Of a stretch of DNA of 64,000 bases, positions 37,738-47,639 are shown piece by piece. The stretch's first letter is position 1; every line of letters starts with the position of its first letter. The position numbers and the translations under genes are program-made. The notes beneath the pieces are model-generated. The model worked only from the letters and a program-made list of their open reading frames with translations, ran no database searches and was not told the DNA's origin. The DNA comes from Candidatus Geothermocultor quzhuomuensis (GTDB lineage: Bacteria; Actinomycetota; Aquicultoria; Geothermocultorales; Geothermocultoraceae): the NCBI GenBank assembly GCA_015711795.1, contig JACVJC010000007.1:5809-69808 (forward strand), in the 5' to 3' direction.

Positions 37738-39183
37738 ATGATAGTTTCAAGAGAAAAGGGTATGACCTTATTAGAGATTGTTTTTGCTTTCTTTGTTTTA
37801 GCTCTGGTTTTGGTTTCTTTAATTGGAGTTATGGGGGTAGCAACTAGGCTGATTAGAGAAAGCAAACTTGAAACCATAGCTACTGCCATTGCTAATGAAG
37901 AGATTGAACGAATTCGCACTCTTCCTTATGGGCAGGTGGGGCTTCTTTCACCTCCTAGCCCTGATGTTCCAACTGGAACCTTGCCGGAGACAACCCAAGT
38001 AACAAGGATGGGAGTAACTTTTACAGTTGCTTATGATATTCGGTGGGTCGATGATGCTTATGACGGTTTGGGAGAAGAGGACAAAACTAGACCTGGTGAA
38101 GGAAAGGGACAAGATTATAAAATATTAAAAGTTACTGTTAGTTGGCAATCAGGGGGAAAAACCTCATCAGTTAGGGTATCATCTTATATTCGGGAAATTC
38201 CTCGAACTAATCGTCGCCCCTTTGTCAAATATCAAGACCTAGCTCCAAGTGCTGGTTCAGTTGTTTGGGATCAAGGGGAAGGAGTTAGCATTCCACTTTA
38301 TGCTCTAGATTATGATGGATATATTTCTACAGTTCGCTACTCAATTGATGGTTACTATCCCCCTGGTTCTTCCTACAGTTATTCCAGTCCAGAGGTTAAT
38401 CACATCTTTATTTGGAATACCTATTATATTCCAACTGGCTCGACTACACCTTTTAAAGATGGAGCTAGGAAAGTAATAATTGAAGCTTGGGACAACTCAG
38501 GGGGTCAAGATAGAAAGGAAAGGATTTGGTGTCTTGATAACTATCCACCAGAAACCCCAACTGGTTTAGAAACATCAGAAACAGCAATTACAACAGAGAC
38601 TATTCCTCTCTTTTGGACAGCTTCTTGGGATGCAACCACTCCTGGTTGGGCTACTATTCATGCTTATTCTTACTTAATTTATCAAAGTAGAAATGGCAGT
38701 CCCTTTAGCCAAGTTGGGGCAGTGACTGCTACAGGGGAGTTACCATACATTATGGATAATTGTCCCACTACCTATACTGATAAAAATTTAACCCCCTTTA
38801 CTTATTATGGTTATTATTTAGTGGCAAAAAGTCCTAGAGGACTTACTTCTTCAGCTTCAGCCATTCTTACTACCAAAACTAGAATAAGAGCTTGGGTTTC
38901 GGGTATTATTTCATCCGGCGTAAAGAGGCAACTTGTTTTCAGCTGGGAAGGTCCAACTTTTACTTCAGATTCAACTTATACCCTTGAGCGGTCAACAAGT
39001 TCTAGCGGACCCTGGACTCAAGATGCTGGTCCGACTACATTATTAACCCTTACTGGAAGCCAAATTACAAAGAATGATACCTATTATTACCGAGTTAAGG
39101 CAAAATATCTATATGGTGTTGTTTCAGATACAAATATTAGCAACCTTATCTTGTTTGATCGAGACACAATTTCATATCCATAG
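37738..39183 (+). CDS. Minor pilin (PilV-like) with a large C-terminal beta-rich domain (fibronectin-III-like)
   Basis: Prepilin-like leader MIVSREKG^MTLLEIVFAFFVLALV with an ATG at 37738 after AAAGGTGG. The C-terminal domain of more than 400 aa is T/S/Y-rich. Confidence 0.55.
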   Translation: MIVSREKGMTLLEIVFAFFVLALVLVSLIGVMGVATRLIRESKLETIATAIANEEIERIRTLPYGQVGLLSPPSPDVPTGTLPETTQVTRMGVTFTVAYDIRWVDDAYDGLGEEDKTRPGEGKGQDYKILKVTVSWQSGGKTSSVRVSSYIREIPRTNRRPFVKYQDLAPSAGSVVWDQGEGVSIPLYALDYDGYISTVRYSIDGYYPPGSSYSYSSPEVNHIFIWNTYYIPTGSTTPFKDGARKVIIEAWDNSGGQDRKERIWCLDNYPPETPTGLETSETAITTETIPLFWTASWDATTPGWATIHAYSYLIYQSRNGSPFSQVGAVTATGELPYIMDNCPTTYTDKNLTPFTYYGYYLVAKSPRGLTSSASAILTTKTRIRAWVSGIISSGVKRQLVFSWEGPTFTSDSTYTLERSTSSSGPWTQDAGPTTLLTLTGSQITKNDTYYYRVKAKYLYGVVSDTNISNLILFDRDTISYP

Positions 39184-39193
39184 GTGATTTAAG

Positions 39194-39760
39194 ATGATAA
39201 AGGAAGAAAAAGGTTTTACTTTAGTAGAGCTGCTTTGGGTCATTTCTTTAATCGTCATTTTATTAGTTTCAACTTATTACATTTTTGAAGGTGGCTTAAC
39301 TCTTAATCAAGTCGTTGGTGACCAGTCAAAAGTTCAAACAGAAGCAAGGGCTTCTCTTGAGCGGATGGCAAAATATTTAAGGGGTGCTACTTTATGGGGA
39401 GCAGGAGATTATGAGATTACATTTCGATGTGATGTGGATGACGATTTGATGGGAGAAGATACCACCTTTACCTTATCAGGGACAAGGCTCATCCTTAAAA
39501 TTGAAGAAATGAATGATGTGCCAATGAGAGATATCACTCTAGCAACTTATGTTCGAAATCGTGAGCAAGGTGTTCCCATTTTTACTTATTATGGGGAATC
39601 AACTGGGACACTCGGTCCTCAGTTAATTGAAAACCCAGAAGAGGAGTATAGTAACGTTCGGATGATTCACATTAAATTGATTGTTGATGTTGATCCCACT
39701 AGGAAGCCAGGTCCTTACACTGTAGAAACCGATGTTAAGCTAAGAAATTTTGAGATTTAA
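39194..39760 (+). CDS. Minor pilin (PilW-like)
   Basis: MIKEEKG^FTLVELLWVISLIVILL class III signal. Confidence 0.55.
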   Translation: MIKEEKGFTLVELLWVISLIVILLVSTYYIFEGGLTLNQVVGDQSKVQTEARASLERMAKYLRGATLWGAGDYEITFRCDVDDDLMGEDTTFTLSGTRLILKIEEMNDVPMRDITLATYVRNREQGVPIFTYYGESTGTLGPQLIENPEEEYSNVRMIHIKLIVDVDPTRKPGPYTVETDVKLRNFEI

Positions 39761-41304
39761 TGAAGGAGGTAATGATGCTCAAGATTTTAAATAAAGAAAA
39801 TGGTATCGCAACAATAGTAGTCATTGGGGTAATGATGGTTATTAGCATATTAGTTGTTGGGCTTATTTTTATGGCTGTAACTGAGCGAACAGCTAGCCGA
39901 AAAGGGAAATATTCTGAGAGAGCTCTTCATGTTGCTGATTCTGGGATTGATAGAGCCCTGTGGTATCTTAGAAATTTAAAGCCTGGGGAATCTTTACCTT
40001 CAACCTTTGAGGTAGTCGTTGAAGGCGAGGGAACAGCAACTGTTGTAACTAAGGTAACTGGGGCTGATTTTGCTTATGAGGTTGTTTCGACAGGAAGAGT
40101 TCAAGCTCCTTTCGGTGACATCTTTCGCCGTGCAATTAAGGTTCAGGTTTATGGAATTTCAATTTGGCAGATGTATATTTCTGCTTCTCCTGAGCCTTTA
40201 ACGGCTGGAGGAAACGGAGTTGAAGGAAACACTGCTGTTATAGGACCTTTTTACATTCGCGGCAATGTACCTTTATCTGGAAATTCCTTTATTAAGGTGG
40301 GACCTTTAATGATTAAAAATGGTTATCTTTCTTTTCAGTCTAATTCAGCATTGGTTGAAACTACAACAATGCCTTTAATGGTAACTGAAGGTGTTTATGA
40401 TGCTAGGGGCGGAGGGCAGCTAATTCGCATCACTGACCCAGTTTATCCTCCTCTTCTTTATTGCAAAGAAATATCGGAAACAGCTCCCGAACTTGAGCTT
40501 CCTGCCTTAGAGGCTGATAAAGATTATCAAGCTGATGCGGCTAATGAATCAATTCCTGAACATCTCAATACATCTTCAACACTCGGTTACCCTACTAAAT
40601 TGGGAAATCCCTATAAAGTGGTTGACATTGATTCTTTTGATTGGGGTGGTAGCAATATCAACGAAAATACCCCTTTGATAATTAGTTCTATAACACCATC
40701 TTTTGGTATGTGGGATGGAAATGGTGATGGTTATATTAATGAGAGTGACTCTCTCTATTGGAAATTTGCTTGGGACCAAACTAATAAAACTCTTTATATT
40801 GACGGAACTATCTTTGTTGACGGTCCAGTTTATTTAGGAGGAACAGTAAATGGAAAGAATACTTGCGATATAACTTATAAAGGCAATGGGAAAATTGTTG
40901 CCAATGGTAGTAGTGATGTGGGAGTTGTTATTTGGGAAAAACTTATTCCCCCTTCTGGTGAACTTACCTCAACTTCAGTTATGGGCTTGGTGACTGATAA
41001 AAGTATTTATATGTGTGGAGATGGAGCTAATAACGATGTGGGTGGTAAAGTTGGGTACGATGTGGCAGGTGCCTTTTTTACTCCAAGCAAGATTGTTTTT
41101 GTTGATCAAACTGATAGCTTTAAAGATGCAGCTAACCTTTCTTTTAGTGGAAGTTGTATAGCTGGTCTTTTAAAGTTTGGTGATAAACCCAACAACCAAC
41201 TCTTTACTCATCCCCAATTACCTAACTTCTTACCTCGCGGCATGCCAGGTGCTGATATTTTAATTGTTTCTCTTTCCGGCTGGCACGAGATAAAACCTAA
41301 GTAA
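39760..41304 (+). CDS. PilX-N-domain pilus-associated protein (large, possibly a tip/adhesin component)
   Basis: N-terminal GIATIVVIGVMMVISILVVGLIFMAV helix typical of PilX_N, followed by a domain of more than 450 aa that is G/N/D-rich. Confidence 0.45.
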   Translation: MKEVMMLKILNKENGIATIVVIGVMMVISILVVGLIFMAVTERTASRKGKYSERALHVADSGIDRALWYLRNLKPGESLPSTFEVVVEGEGTATVVTKVTGADFAYEVVSTGRVQAPFGDIFRRAIKVQVYGISIWQMYISASPEPLTAGGNGVEGNTAVIGPFYIRGNVPLSGNSFIKVGPLMIKNGYLSFQSNSALVETTTMPLMVTEGVYDARGGGQLIRITDPVYPPLLYCKEISETAPELELPALEADKDYQADAANESIPEHLNTSSTLGYPTKLGNPYKVVDIDSFDWGGSNINENTPLIISSITPSFGMWDGNGDGYINESDSLYWKFAWDQTNKTLYIDGTIFVDGPVYLGGTVNGKNTCDITYKGNGKIVANGSSDVGVVIWEKLIPPSGELTSTSVMGLVTDKSIYMCGDGANNDVGGKVGYDVAGAFFTPSKIVFVDQTDSFKDAANLSFSGSCIAGLLKFGDKPNNQLFTHPQLPNFLPRGMPGADILIVSLSGWHEIKPK

Positions 41305-41544
41305 GATATGGTGAGCAGCCCAGCTTCTCTTGTGGAAGGATATTGGGGGCCAAATAGTAAGATTTTATTCCTTTCCCTTTCTCTCTACCATAGGTAAGCT
41401 TTTGAGAAGAGAAAAGGGGAAAGAATTACTTCCTGGTTTGTATGCTCAACCTAGAAACTTCAGTTTGATATTATAAAGAGGAGCAAAAAATATTTAAAAA
41501 ATACTTTAAAAATTTATAGAAAACTAGTAAAATAAGAAGAAGGG

Positions 41545-41573
41545 ATTGTCAAAAGGTCAGATATATGGTTTAA
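41545..41573 (+). promoter_or_regulatory. Candidate sigma70 promoter for pilMNO: -35 TTGTCA, 17-nt spacer, extended -10 TGgTTTAAT
   Basis: Read from the sequence, about 75 nt upstream of the pilM TTG start. AGGAGG lies 9 nt before the start codon. Confidence 0.35.
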
Positions 41574-41647
41574 TAGAGCCCAAGGTAATATTAATTTTAG
41601 CAAAAAAAATGAATTTAGTCGTAGTTTTTAAGTAGGAGGAAAAATTT

Positions 41648-42772
41648 TTGGGCATTTTTTCATTTGGAAAACCAAAAGTCAGTTTAGGGTTGGACATTGG
41701 TTCTGACACCTTTAGAGTTGCTCAAGTTCAACCTTCCAAAGGTCTCCCTCTATTAACCAACTGTGGAAGCATTAGAGTTCCTCGCGGAGCAGTGGTTGGT
41801 GGTGAAATTGTTGATTCTGAAGTTGTTTCTTATTCCCTTTCCGAACTCTGGAAAAAAGCTGGTTTAAGTGAGAAAAGAGTCATTCTCGGGGTATCCAATC
41901 AAAAAGTTGTCGTTCGTTTAATTGACTTACCTTATATGGAAAAGAGTGAGCTTAAAAGCGCTCTCCAGTTTCAAGCTCAAGATTATATTCCCATTCCTGT
42001 TGAGGATGTTATCCTAGATTATCTTGTGGTTAATGAATATACCACTGAAGCTGGAGAGAGAATGCTTCAAATCCTTTTAGTAGCAGCTCAAAGAGATATG
42101 ATTCAAAATATTGTCAGTTCAGTTGAAGCAGCTGGTTTGAGACCTGAAGTTATTGATGTCTCCGCTTTTGCTATTACTCGTTCCTTAATTTCAGCTCCAC
42201 CTCCAACTCTCGCTGAAGAGCCTCGCCCAAAAGAAACAGTGGCTCTTTTAAATATTGGAGCTGGTATTACCTCTATGGTTGTGGTAGAAGGAAATGTTGT
42301 CAAGTTTGCAAGAGTTATAGCTCTAGCTGGTGATGACTGGAGCGAAGCTTTAGCTGATGGGATGGGAATTACCTTTGATGAAGCTGAAGATATAAAAATT
42401 AGAGTCGGTCTCCCTCCTCTAGTTGGTGATCGGTTTATTGATGTTCCCTCAGAGCTAATGGATAGAGCTGATATTGCTCAAGATATTATGGAAAGGGAGG
42501 TTATGAGGTTTATTGGGGAGTGTCGACGTTCTTTTGATTATTATCTAGCTCAGGTCCCGACAGGAGAAATTCAGCGAGTTATTTTAAGTGGAGGTGCCTC
42601 AAAACTTAAAAATTTAATTCCTTACATGGAAAAAGGTTTACAAACTGAAGTTATTGCAGGACATCCTTTGCAATCTGTCAAGGTCAGCCCAAGACTTTCT
42701 CAAGAAGCTTTAGGAGAGGATGAGCCATCTTTAGCTATTTGTTTAGGCTTGGCTTTAGGGGGGATTGACTAA
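41648..42772 (+). CDS. pilM: Type IV pilus assembly protein PilM (actin-like ATPase fold)
   Basis: N-terminus LGLDIGSDTFRVAQV and an actin/FtsA-like fold, 374 aa. Confidence 0.8.
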   Translation: MGIFSFGKPKVSLGLDIGSDTFRVAQVQPSKGLPLLTNCGSIRVPRGAVVGGEIVDSEVVSYSLSELWKKAGLSEKRVILGVSNQKVVVRLIDLPYMEKSELKSALQFQAQDYIPIPVEDVILDYLVVNEYTTEAGERMLQILLVAAQRDMIQNIVSSVEAAGLRPEVIDVSAFAITRSLISAPPPTLAEEPRPKETVALLNIGAGITSMVVVEGNVVKFARVIALAGDDWSEALADGMGITFDEAEDIKIRVGLPPLVGDRFIDVPSELMDRADIAQDIMEREVMRFIGECRRSFDYYLAQVPTGEIQRVILSGGASKLKNLIPYMEKGLQTEVIAGHPLQSVKVSPRLSQEALGEDEPSLAICLGLALGGID

Positions 42773-43314
42773 TGGCAGCAAGAATAAATCTCCTTCCCCC
42801 TGAAATAATCGAAAAAAGGCAGTCAGAGAAGAGATTAGCTGTTCTCCTTTTGGTAGTAAGTTTATATATTTTAATGCTGGTTGGGATTTATCTCTTAATG
42901 CAAGTGAAGATTTTTCAAGAATCACAGGTTTTAATGCAAAGGAGAGCCCATAATACTAAACTAAATCAAAAAATCGCTGAATTTGAGGTTTTTAAAAGGA
43001 GAAAAGAAGAGGCTCAAAAGAGGGAAGAAATAATTAATAAAGCTTTAAGCGGAGAAAAGTCGTGGTACCGACTTTTGCTTAAATTAAGCATTATTATCCC
43101 TGGAGAAGTAAACATTACTAGTTTTTCCGGTGATGAAATAGCTGGGTTAACCTTTTCGGGTCAAGCTCTAGGCTATAATTCTTTAGTTAAGTGGTTAGTT
43201 CGATTAAGTGAGATTAAAGAATTAAGTGAGATTTGGTTGGGAAGTGCTTCTAAATCGGTGGTGGGAACGACTGAAATAGTTAATTACTCAATTACGACTA
43301 AGTTTAGTCAATAA
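42772..43314 (+). CDS. pilN: Type IV pilus assembly protein PilN
   Basis: INLLPPEI N-terminus, a single transmembrane helix, and a periplasmic/extracellular domain. It overlaps the pilM stop. Confidence 0.65.
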   Translation: MAARINLLPPEIIEKRQSEKRLAVLLLVVSLYILMLVGIYLLMQVKIFQESQVLMQRRAHNTKLNQKIAEFEVFKRRKEEAQKREEIINKALSGEKSWYRLLLKLSIIIPGEVNITSFSGDEIAGLTFSGQALGYNSLVKWLVRLSEIKELSEIWLGSASKSVVGTTEIVNYSITTKFSQ

Positions 43315-43351
43315 ATTAAAAGCTAGTCCTGCCTCGCCTTCTAGGATTGGA

Positions 43352-43972
43352 GTGGGAAAGTTGGAAATAAGGCTAAAGCTTCAAGAAGCAATAGCTGTTG
43401 GGCTTGTTGTTATAATAATTTTAACTATTTTTTTTGTTATGTTTGTTTGGAAACCTCAGATGACTAAATTATCTGAGATTAGAAGGGCAATTGAGGAAGA
43501 AAAGAAGAAATCAGAGATGGCAACTATTACTCTTCAAAGACTTCAGGCTTTAAAGCAAGAAGAAGCAGAAATCGAAAAAAGTTTGATTAAGTTAAGTTTA
43601 AGAATGCCTGAAAGCCCTGAACTTCCTTCTTTAATCGTTGAACTTCAAGAATTAGCTAGTCAATCTGGGATGGATTTGATTTCGATATCTCCTTCTCCTC
43701 CCACATCTGTTGGGGAATATAATGAAATGGCCTTATCCCTTAATATTAAGGGCTCTTTCAATAAGGTTAAAGACCAAGGGGGCAGTTTACTTGATTTTCT
43801 TTACCGTCTGGAACATTTTCCAAGGGAATTGAGAGTGAAAACAATAAGCATTTCAGGTGAGGAAACTCTTACTATCTCTCTTCAAATGAGCACTTATGTT
43901 TTATCTGGAGCTCCTCCAGCTGGGGCACCAACTGGTCAACCAGCCCAACAAGAAGTGCCAGCGGCACCATAG
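43352..43972 (+). CDS. pilO: Type IV pilus assembly protein PilO
   Basis: Transmembrane helix, coiled coil and C-terminal domain. Its position after pilN matches the conserved pilMNO order. Confidence 0.6.
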   Translation: MGKLEIRLKLQEAIAVGLVVIIILTIFFVMFVWKPQMTKLSEIRRAIEEEKKKSEMATITLQRLQALKQEEAEIEKSLIKLSLRMPESPELPSLIVELQELASQSGMDLISISPSPPTSVGEYNEMALSLNIKGSFNKVKDQGGSLLDFLYRLEHFPRELRVKTISISGEETLTISLQMSTYVLSGAPPAGAPTGQPAQQEVPAAP

Positions 43973-43986
43973 AAAGGGGAAAATAA

Positions 43987-44559
43987 TTGCCGGAGTTTAT
44001 TGATAAAGTAAAAGATTTTGTTAAAACACCACGAGGGAAGCTAGCTATTGGAGCTGCAGCTGGTGGTATCTTTTTTATTATTATTTTAATCATTATTTAT
44101 TTTATTTTTTTAGGTGCTCCACCTGAAGTTACTCCTGAAGTTAAAGAGCTAATTCCTTCTCCACCTGTTTCCAAAGAAGTAGAAGCAACTGTAACCGTTC
44201 CGCCTTTAACTGAAGGGTTTGAAGTATATGGAGCAGAAGGTTTTAAAAACCCATTTAAAAAACTTTATATTGAGTCAACTACTACTCCAGCTAGTGGCTC
44301 TCTCGCGGAGCACCGAATTGCCTTAAAGGGAATTACTTATTCTGATGGTGTATATTCAGCTGAGTTAATTTATAATGGAGAGTCTTTTCAAGCAAAAGAA
44401 GGAGAAATTGTTTCTAATTCTCCTTATATGGTTTTAAGTATTGGAATGGACTGGGTAAAGCTTCTTTATGGGGATAATACTTTTACTTTACATTTAGGCG
44501 AAGAACATGTTGAAAGAGAAGAATCTTCAACTGAATTAGCAACGGAAACTATTCCTTAA
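43987..44559 (+). CDS. PilP-like pilus assembly protein (putative)
   Basis: N-terminal transmembrane helix, a Pro-rich linker, and a C-terminal beta domain (YSAELIYNGESFQAKEGEIV...VLSIGMDWVKLL) in the position PilP usually occupies. Confidence 0.3.
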   Translation: MPEFIDKVKDFVKTPRGKLAIGAAAGGIFFIIILIIIYFIFLGAPPEVTPEVKELIPSPPVSKEVEATVTVPPLTEGFEVYGAEGFKNPFKKLYIESTTTPASGSLAEHRIALKGITYSDGVYSAELIYNGESFQAKEGEIVSNSPYMVLSIGMDWVKLLYGDNTFTLHLGEEHVEREESSTELATETIP

Positions 44560-44891
44560 GAGATTTATAATACTCATCTTCACCTTATTCCGAGATTCAA
44601 GTGAAATGTTATATCTCAAATAAATTAGAAAAATGCAAAGGGCACTTTTTACTTGAAAAGCAGGGTGAGCTTAAAAATTCCAAATAAAAAGGACCAAACA
44701 CTAAACCCCGAAGAGAAGTCAAAGATTTTCTACGAGGTAGGCAAGATCAAATGACCAAAAATTCAAGTAAAACATAGAGATTAGTGTTAGTGACTAGTGT
44801 CGAGCCTTGATTTGGCTTACAAAATTTTACTGGCACTATTTTAACTTAATTGTTTGAGATTTTGAGCCTTTAAATTTATCAGGGGGATAAT

Positions 44892-46049
44892 TTGTTAAAA
44901 ATAATTACTGCCGGTGAATCTCACGGAAAGTGCATTTTAGCAATTGTTCAAGGGTTACCAGCTAATTTGGTGATATCAAAAGATTTTATTGATAAGGAAT
45001 TAGCTAGAAGGCAAAAAGGTTTTGGCAGAGGTCCCAGAATGGAAATTGAAAAAGACAGCGTTGAAATTTTAAGCGGCGTGAGACATGGAAAAACATTAGG
45101 TTCTCCAATTGCTTTAATGATTAAAAATAAAGATTGGTTGAATTGGCAGGAAGAAATGAGGGTTGAAGAAAGCAAGCCAGTAAGTCCTCTCCTTAACCCT
45201 CGTCCGGGTCATGCTGACCTAGCTGGAGCTTTAAAATATGGATTTAATGAGATAAGAAATGTCCTTGAAAGGGCTAGTGCAAGAGAAACGGTAGCTCGAG
45301 TAGCTGGAGGGGCATTGGCAAAAATTTTTCTCAAGGAGTTTAAAATAACTATTTTAAGCCAAGTCGTTAAAATTGGAGCCATTGAAGCTCCATTAAGAGA
45401 ACTATCTTTAAAGGATGAAAGAAAAATCGAATCCTCACCAGTCAGATGTTTTGACCAAGAAGCTTCAAAAAGGATGGTTGAGGCAATTAATCAAGCTCAA
45501 GAGAGAGGGGAGACTTTGGGGGGAATTTTCGAGGTAGCTGCTTTTAATGTTCCACCAGGCTTAGGAACTTATGCAATTTTTGAAAAGAGACTTGATGCCC
45601 AACTAGCTTCTGCTTTAATTAGCATCCCAGGGGTAAAGGGAGTTGAATTTGGGGATGGTTTTAAATTGGCAGACCAAGTGGGAAGTGAGTCCCATGATGA
45701 GATTTTTTATTCTTCTAAAAAGGGTTTTTATCGAAAAACTAACCATGCTGGAGGAATTGAGGGAGGGGTTAGTAATGGAGAAACTATTTTAATTCGGGCT
45801 GTAATGAAGCCTATACCAACCTTGGGCAAGCCTTTAAGAACGGTAAACATTTTGACCAAAAAGCCTTCACAGGCTTTTAAGGAAAGAGCAGATATTTGTG
45901 TTGTTCCAAGTGCAGCTGTTATTGCAGAAAATATGGTTGCTTTCGTTTTAACTCAAGTATTTTTAGAAAAATTTGGTGGTGATTCCTTGATTGATATCAA
46001 AGGAAACTATCAAACTTATCTTAAGCGAATTAATTGGAGAAAAAGATAA
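44892..46049 (+). CDS. aroC: Chorismate synthase
   Basis: GESHG N-terminal motif and the AroC fold, 385 aa. Confidence 0.9.
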   Translation: MLKIITAGESHGKCILAIVQGLPANLVISKDFIDKELARRQKGFGRGPRMEIEKDSVEILSGVRHGKTLGSPIALMIKNKDWLNWQEEMRVEESKPVSPLLNPRPGHADLAGALKYGFNEIRNVLERASARETVARVAGGALAKIFLKEFKITILSQVVKIGAIEAPLRELSLKDERKIESSPVRCFDQEASKRMVEAINQAQERGETLGGIFEVAAFNVPPGLGTYAIFEKRLDAQLASALISIPGVKGVEFGDGFKLADQVGSESHDEIFYSSKKGFYRKTNHAGGIEGGVSNGETILIRAVMKPIPTLGKPLRTVNILTKKPSQAFKERADICVVPSAAVIAENMVAFVLTQVFLEKFGGDSLIDIKGNYQTYLKRINWRKR

Positions 46050-46050
46050 G

Positions 46051-46572
46051 ATGAACATTGTCTTAATTGGCTTTATGGGTTCGGGAAAATCTAGTATCGG
46101 AAAGATACTCTCCAAAAGGTTGAAGATGAAATTGGTTGATACTGACAAGTTAATTGAGAAAAAAACCAAAAAAAGAATTTCCGAAATCTTTAAGGAAATA
46201 GGTGAGCGTGGCTTTCGTCAAATTGAGGTGGAGGTAATTGATGATGTTTCCTCTCTTGACCAAAGAGTAATAGCTTGTGGTGGAGGGGCTGTTTTAAATC
46301 CTTTAAATGTTAAAAATTTAAAAAAAAAGGGGATTCTTGTTTATCTTAAAGCCATCCCGCAAGTTCTGGAGAAAAGGCTTGAGAAAGTTACTGACCGCCC
46401 TCTTTTAGAAGGTAAAAACCATCAGTTAGAGATAATCAAACTTCTTTCAAAAAGGGAACCAATTTATCAAAAAGTTGCTGATTTAATTGTTGAAACCTCT
46501 TCTTTGTCTCCTGAGGAGGTAAGTGAAAAGATTATTGAAGAGTTAAAAAGAATAGGGAAATGGAGAAAGTAG
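46051..46572 (+). CDS. aroK: Shikimate kinase
   Basis: Starts MNIVLIGFMGSGKSS (Walker A). ATG at 46051 lies inside the longer track ORF. Confidence 0.85.
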   Translation: MNIVLIGFMGSGKSSIGKILSKRLKMKLVDTDKLIEKKTKKRISEIFKEIGERGFRQIEVEVIDDVSSLDQRVIACGGGAVLNPLNVKNLKKKGILVYLKAIPQVLEKRLEKVTDRPLLEGKNHQLEIIKLLSKREPIYQKVADLIVETSSLSPEEVSEKIIEELKRIGKWRK

Positions 46573-47639
46573 TAGTTTCTTTAGGGAGGAAAAGTTATCC
46601 TATTTATATTAATTGGGACCTTTTTTACCTATTGGGAGAAGAAATTTCTTCATGTGAAAAAGTTGCGGTGATTACTAACCCAGAAGTGAAGATGCTCTAT
46701 GGTGAGAAGGTTAAAGAAGCATTTAAAAAGACGGATATTGAAGTAATTTTCTTTGAGGTTCCTGAAGGCGAAGAACAGAAATCTTTAAAGTCAGCAAATC
46801 GTCTTTATAGCCAGCTCGCAAAAAATAATTTTTTAAGATACCATCCGATCATTACTTTAGGTGGAGGTGTAATTGGGGATTTAGGAGGTTTTGTTGCATC
46901 TACTTATATGAGAGGAGTTCCTTTCATTCAAGTTCCTACTACTTTGTTAGCTCAAGTTGATAGCAGTGTTGGAGGGAAAGTAGCGGTAAATCATCCTCGG
47001 GGAAAAAATTTAATCGGCACATTTTATCAGCCAAAGTTTGTATTGATTTCCCTTTTAACCCTTAAGAGCTTACCTTATTTTTATTTTAAAACTGGGATAG
47101 CTGAGGTAATAAAGTACGGTTTTTTAGCTGGGGAGGATTTCCTTTCTTTTTTAGAGAAAAATCTGGAAAAAGTAATTAAATGTGATAGAGAAGTTATATT
47201 AAAAGTGGTAAAAGAGTGTTGTGAGATAAAAGCAAGGATTACTGAAGAAGATGAGCTTGATTTATCTGGAAAAAGAGCAATTCTTAATTATGGGCATACT
47301 ATTGGTCATGCTTTGGAAACAATTAGTGAGTATAAAGAACTTCAGCATGGAGAAGCTATTTCTCTAGGAATGGTTGTTGAGTCTTGGATTTCTCATAAGC
47401 TTGGTTATATTTCTAAAGATGTGGTGGAGAGGCAGATTTCCTTGCTTTCCAGAGTTGGACTCCCAACCTCTCTTCCTAGCCTTTCAGTTGATAAGGTTTT
47501 ATCTCAAATCACTTTGGATAAGAAAGCGAAGGTAGACAAGCCTATTTTTGCTCTTTTGAAAGGGGTTGGAAATCCGAGCATCCAAGAAGTCCCTCAAAAA
47601 ATAATTATTGAATCTTTAAAAGAAATTATTAAAGTTTAA
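46560..47639 (+). CDS. aroB: 3-dehydroquinate synthase
   Basis: GGGVIGDLGGF NAD-binding motif and metal-binding His residues (HTIGHALE). Confidence 0.85.
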   Translation: MEKVVVSLGRKSYPIYINWDLFYLLGEEISSCEKVAVITNPEVKMLYGEKVKEAFKKTDIEVIFFEVPEGEEQKSLKSANRLYSQLAKNNFLRYHPIITLGGGVIGDLGGFVASTYMRGVPFIQVPTTLLAQVDSSVGGKVAVNHPRGKNLIGTFYQPKFVLISLLTLKSLPYFYFKTGIAEVIKYGFLAGEDFLSFLEKNLEKVIKCDREVILKVVKECCEIKARITEEDELDLSGKRAILNYGHTIGHALETISEYKELQHGEAISLGMVVESWISHKLGYISKDVVERQISLLSRVGLPTSLPSLSVDKVLSQITLDKKAKVDKPIFALLKGVGNPSIQEVPQKIIIESLKEIIKV

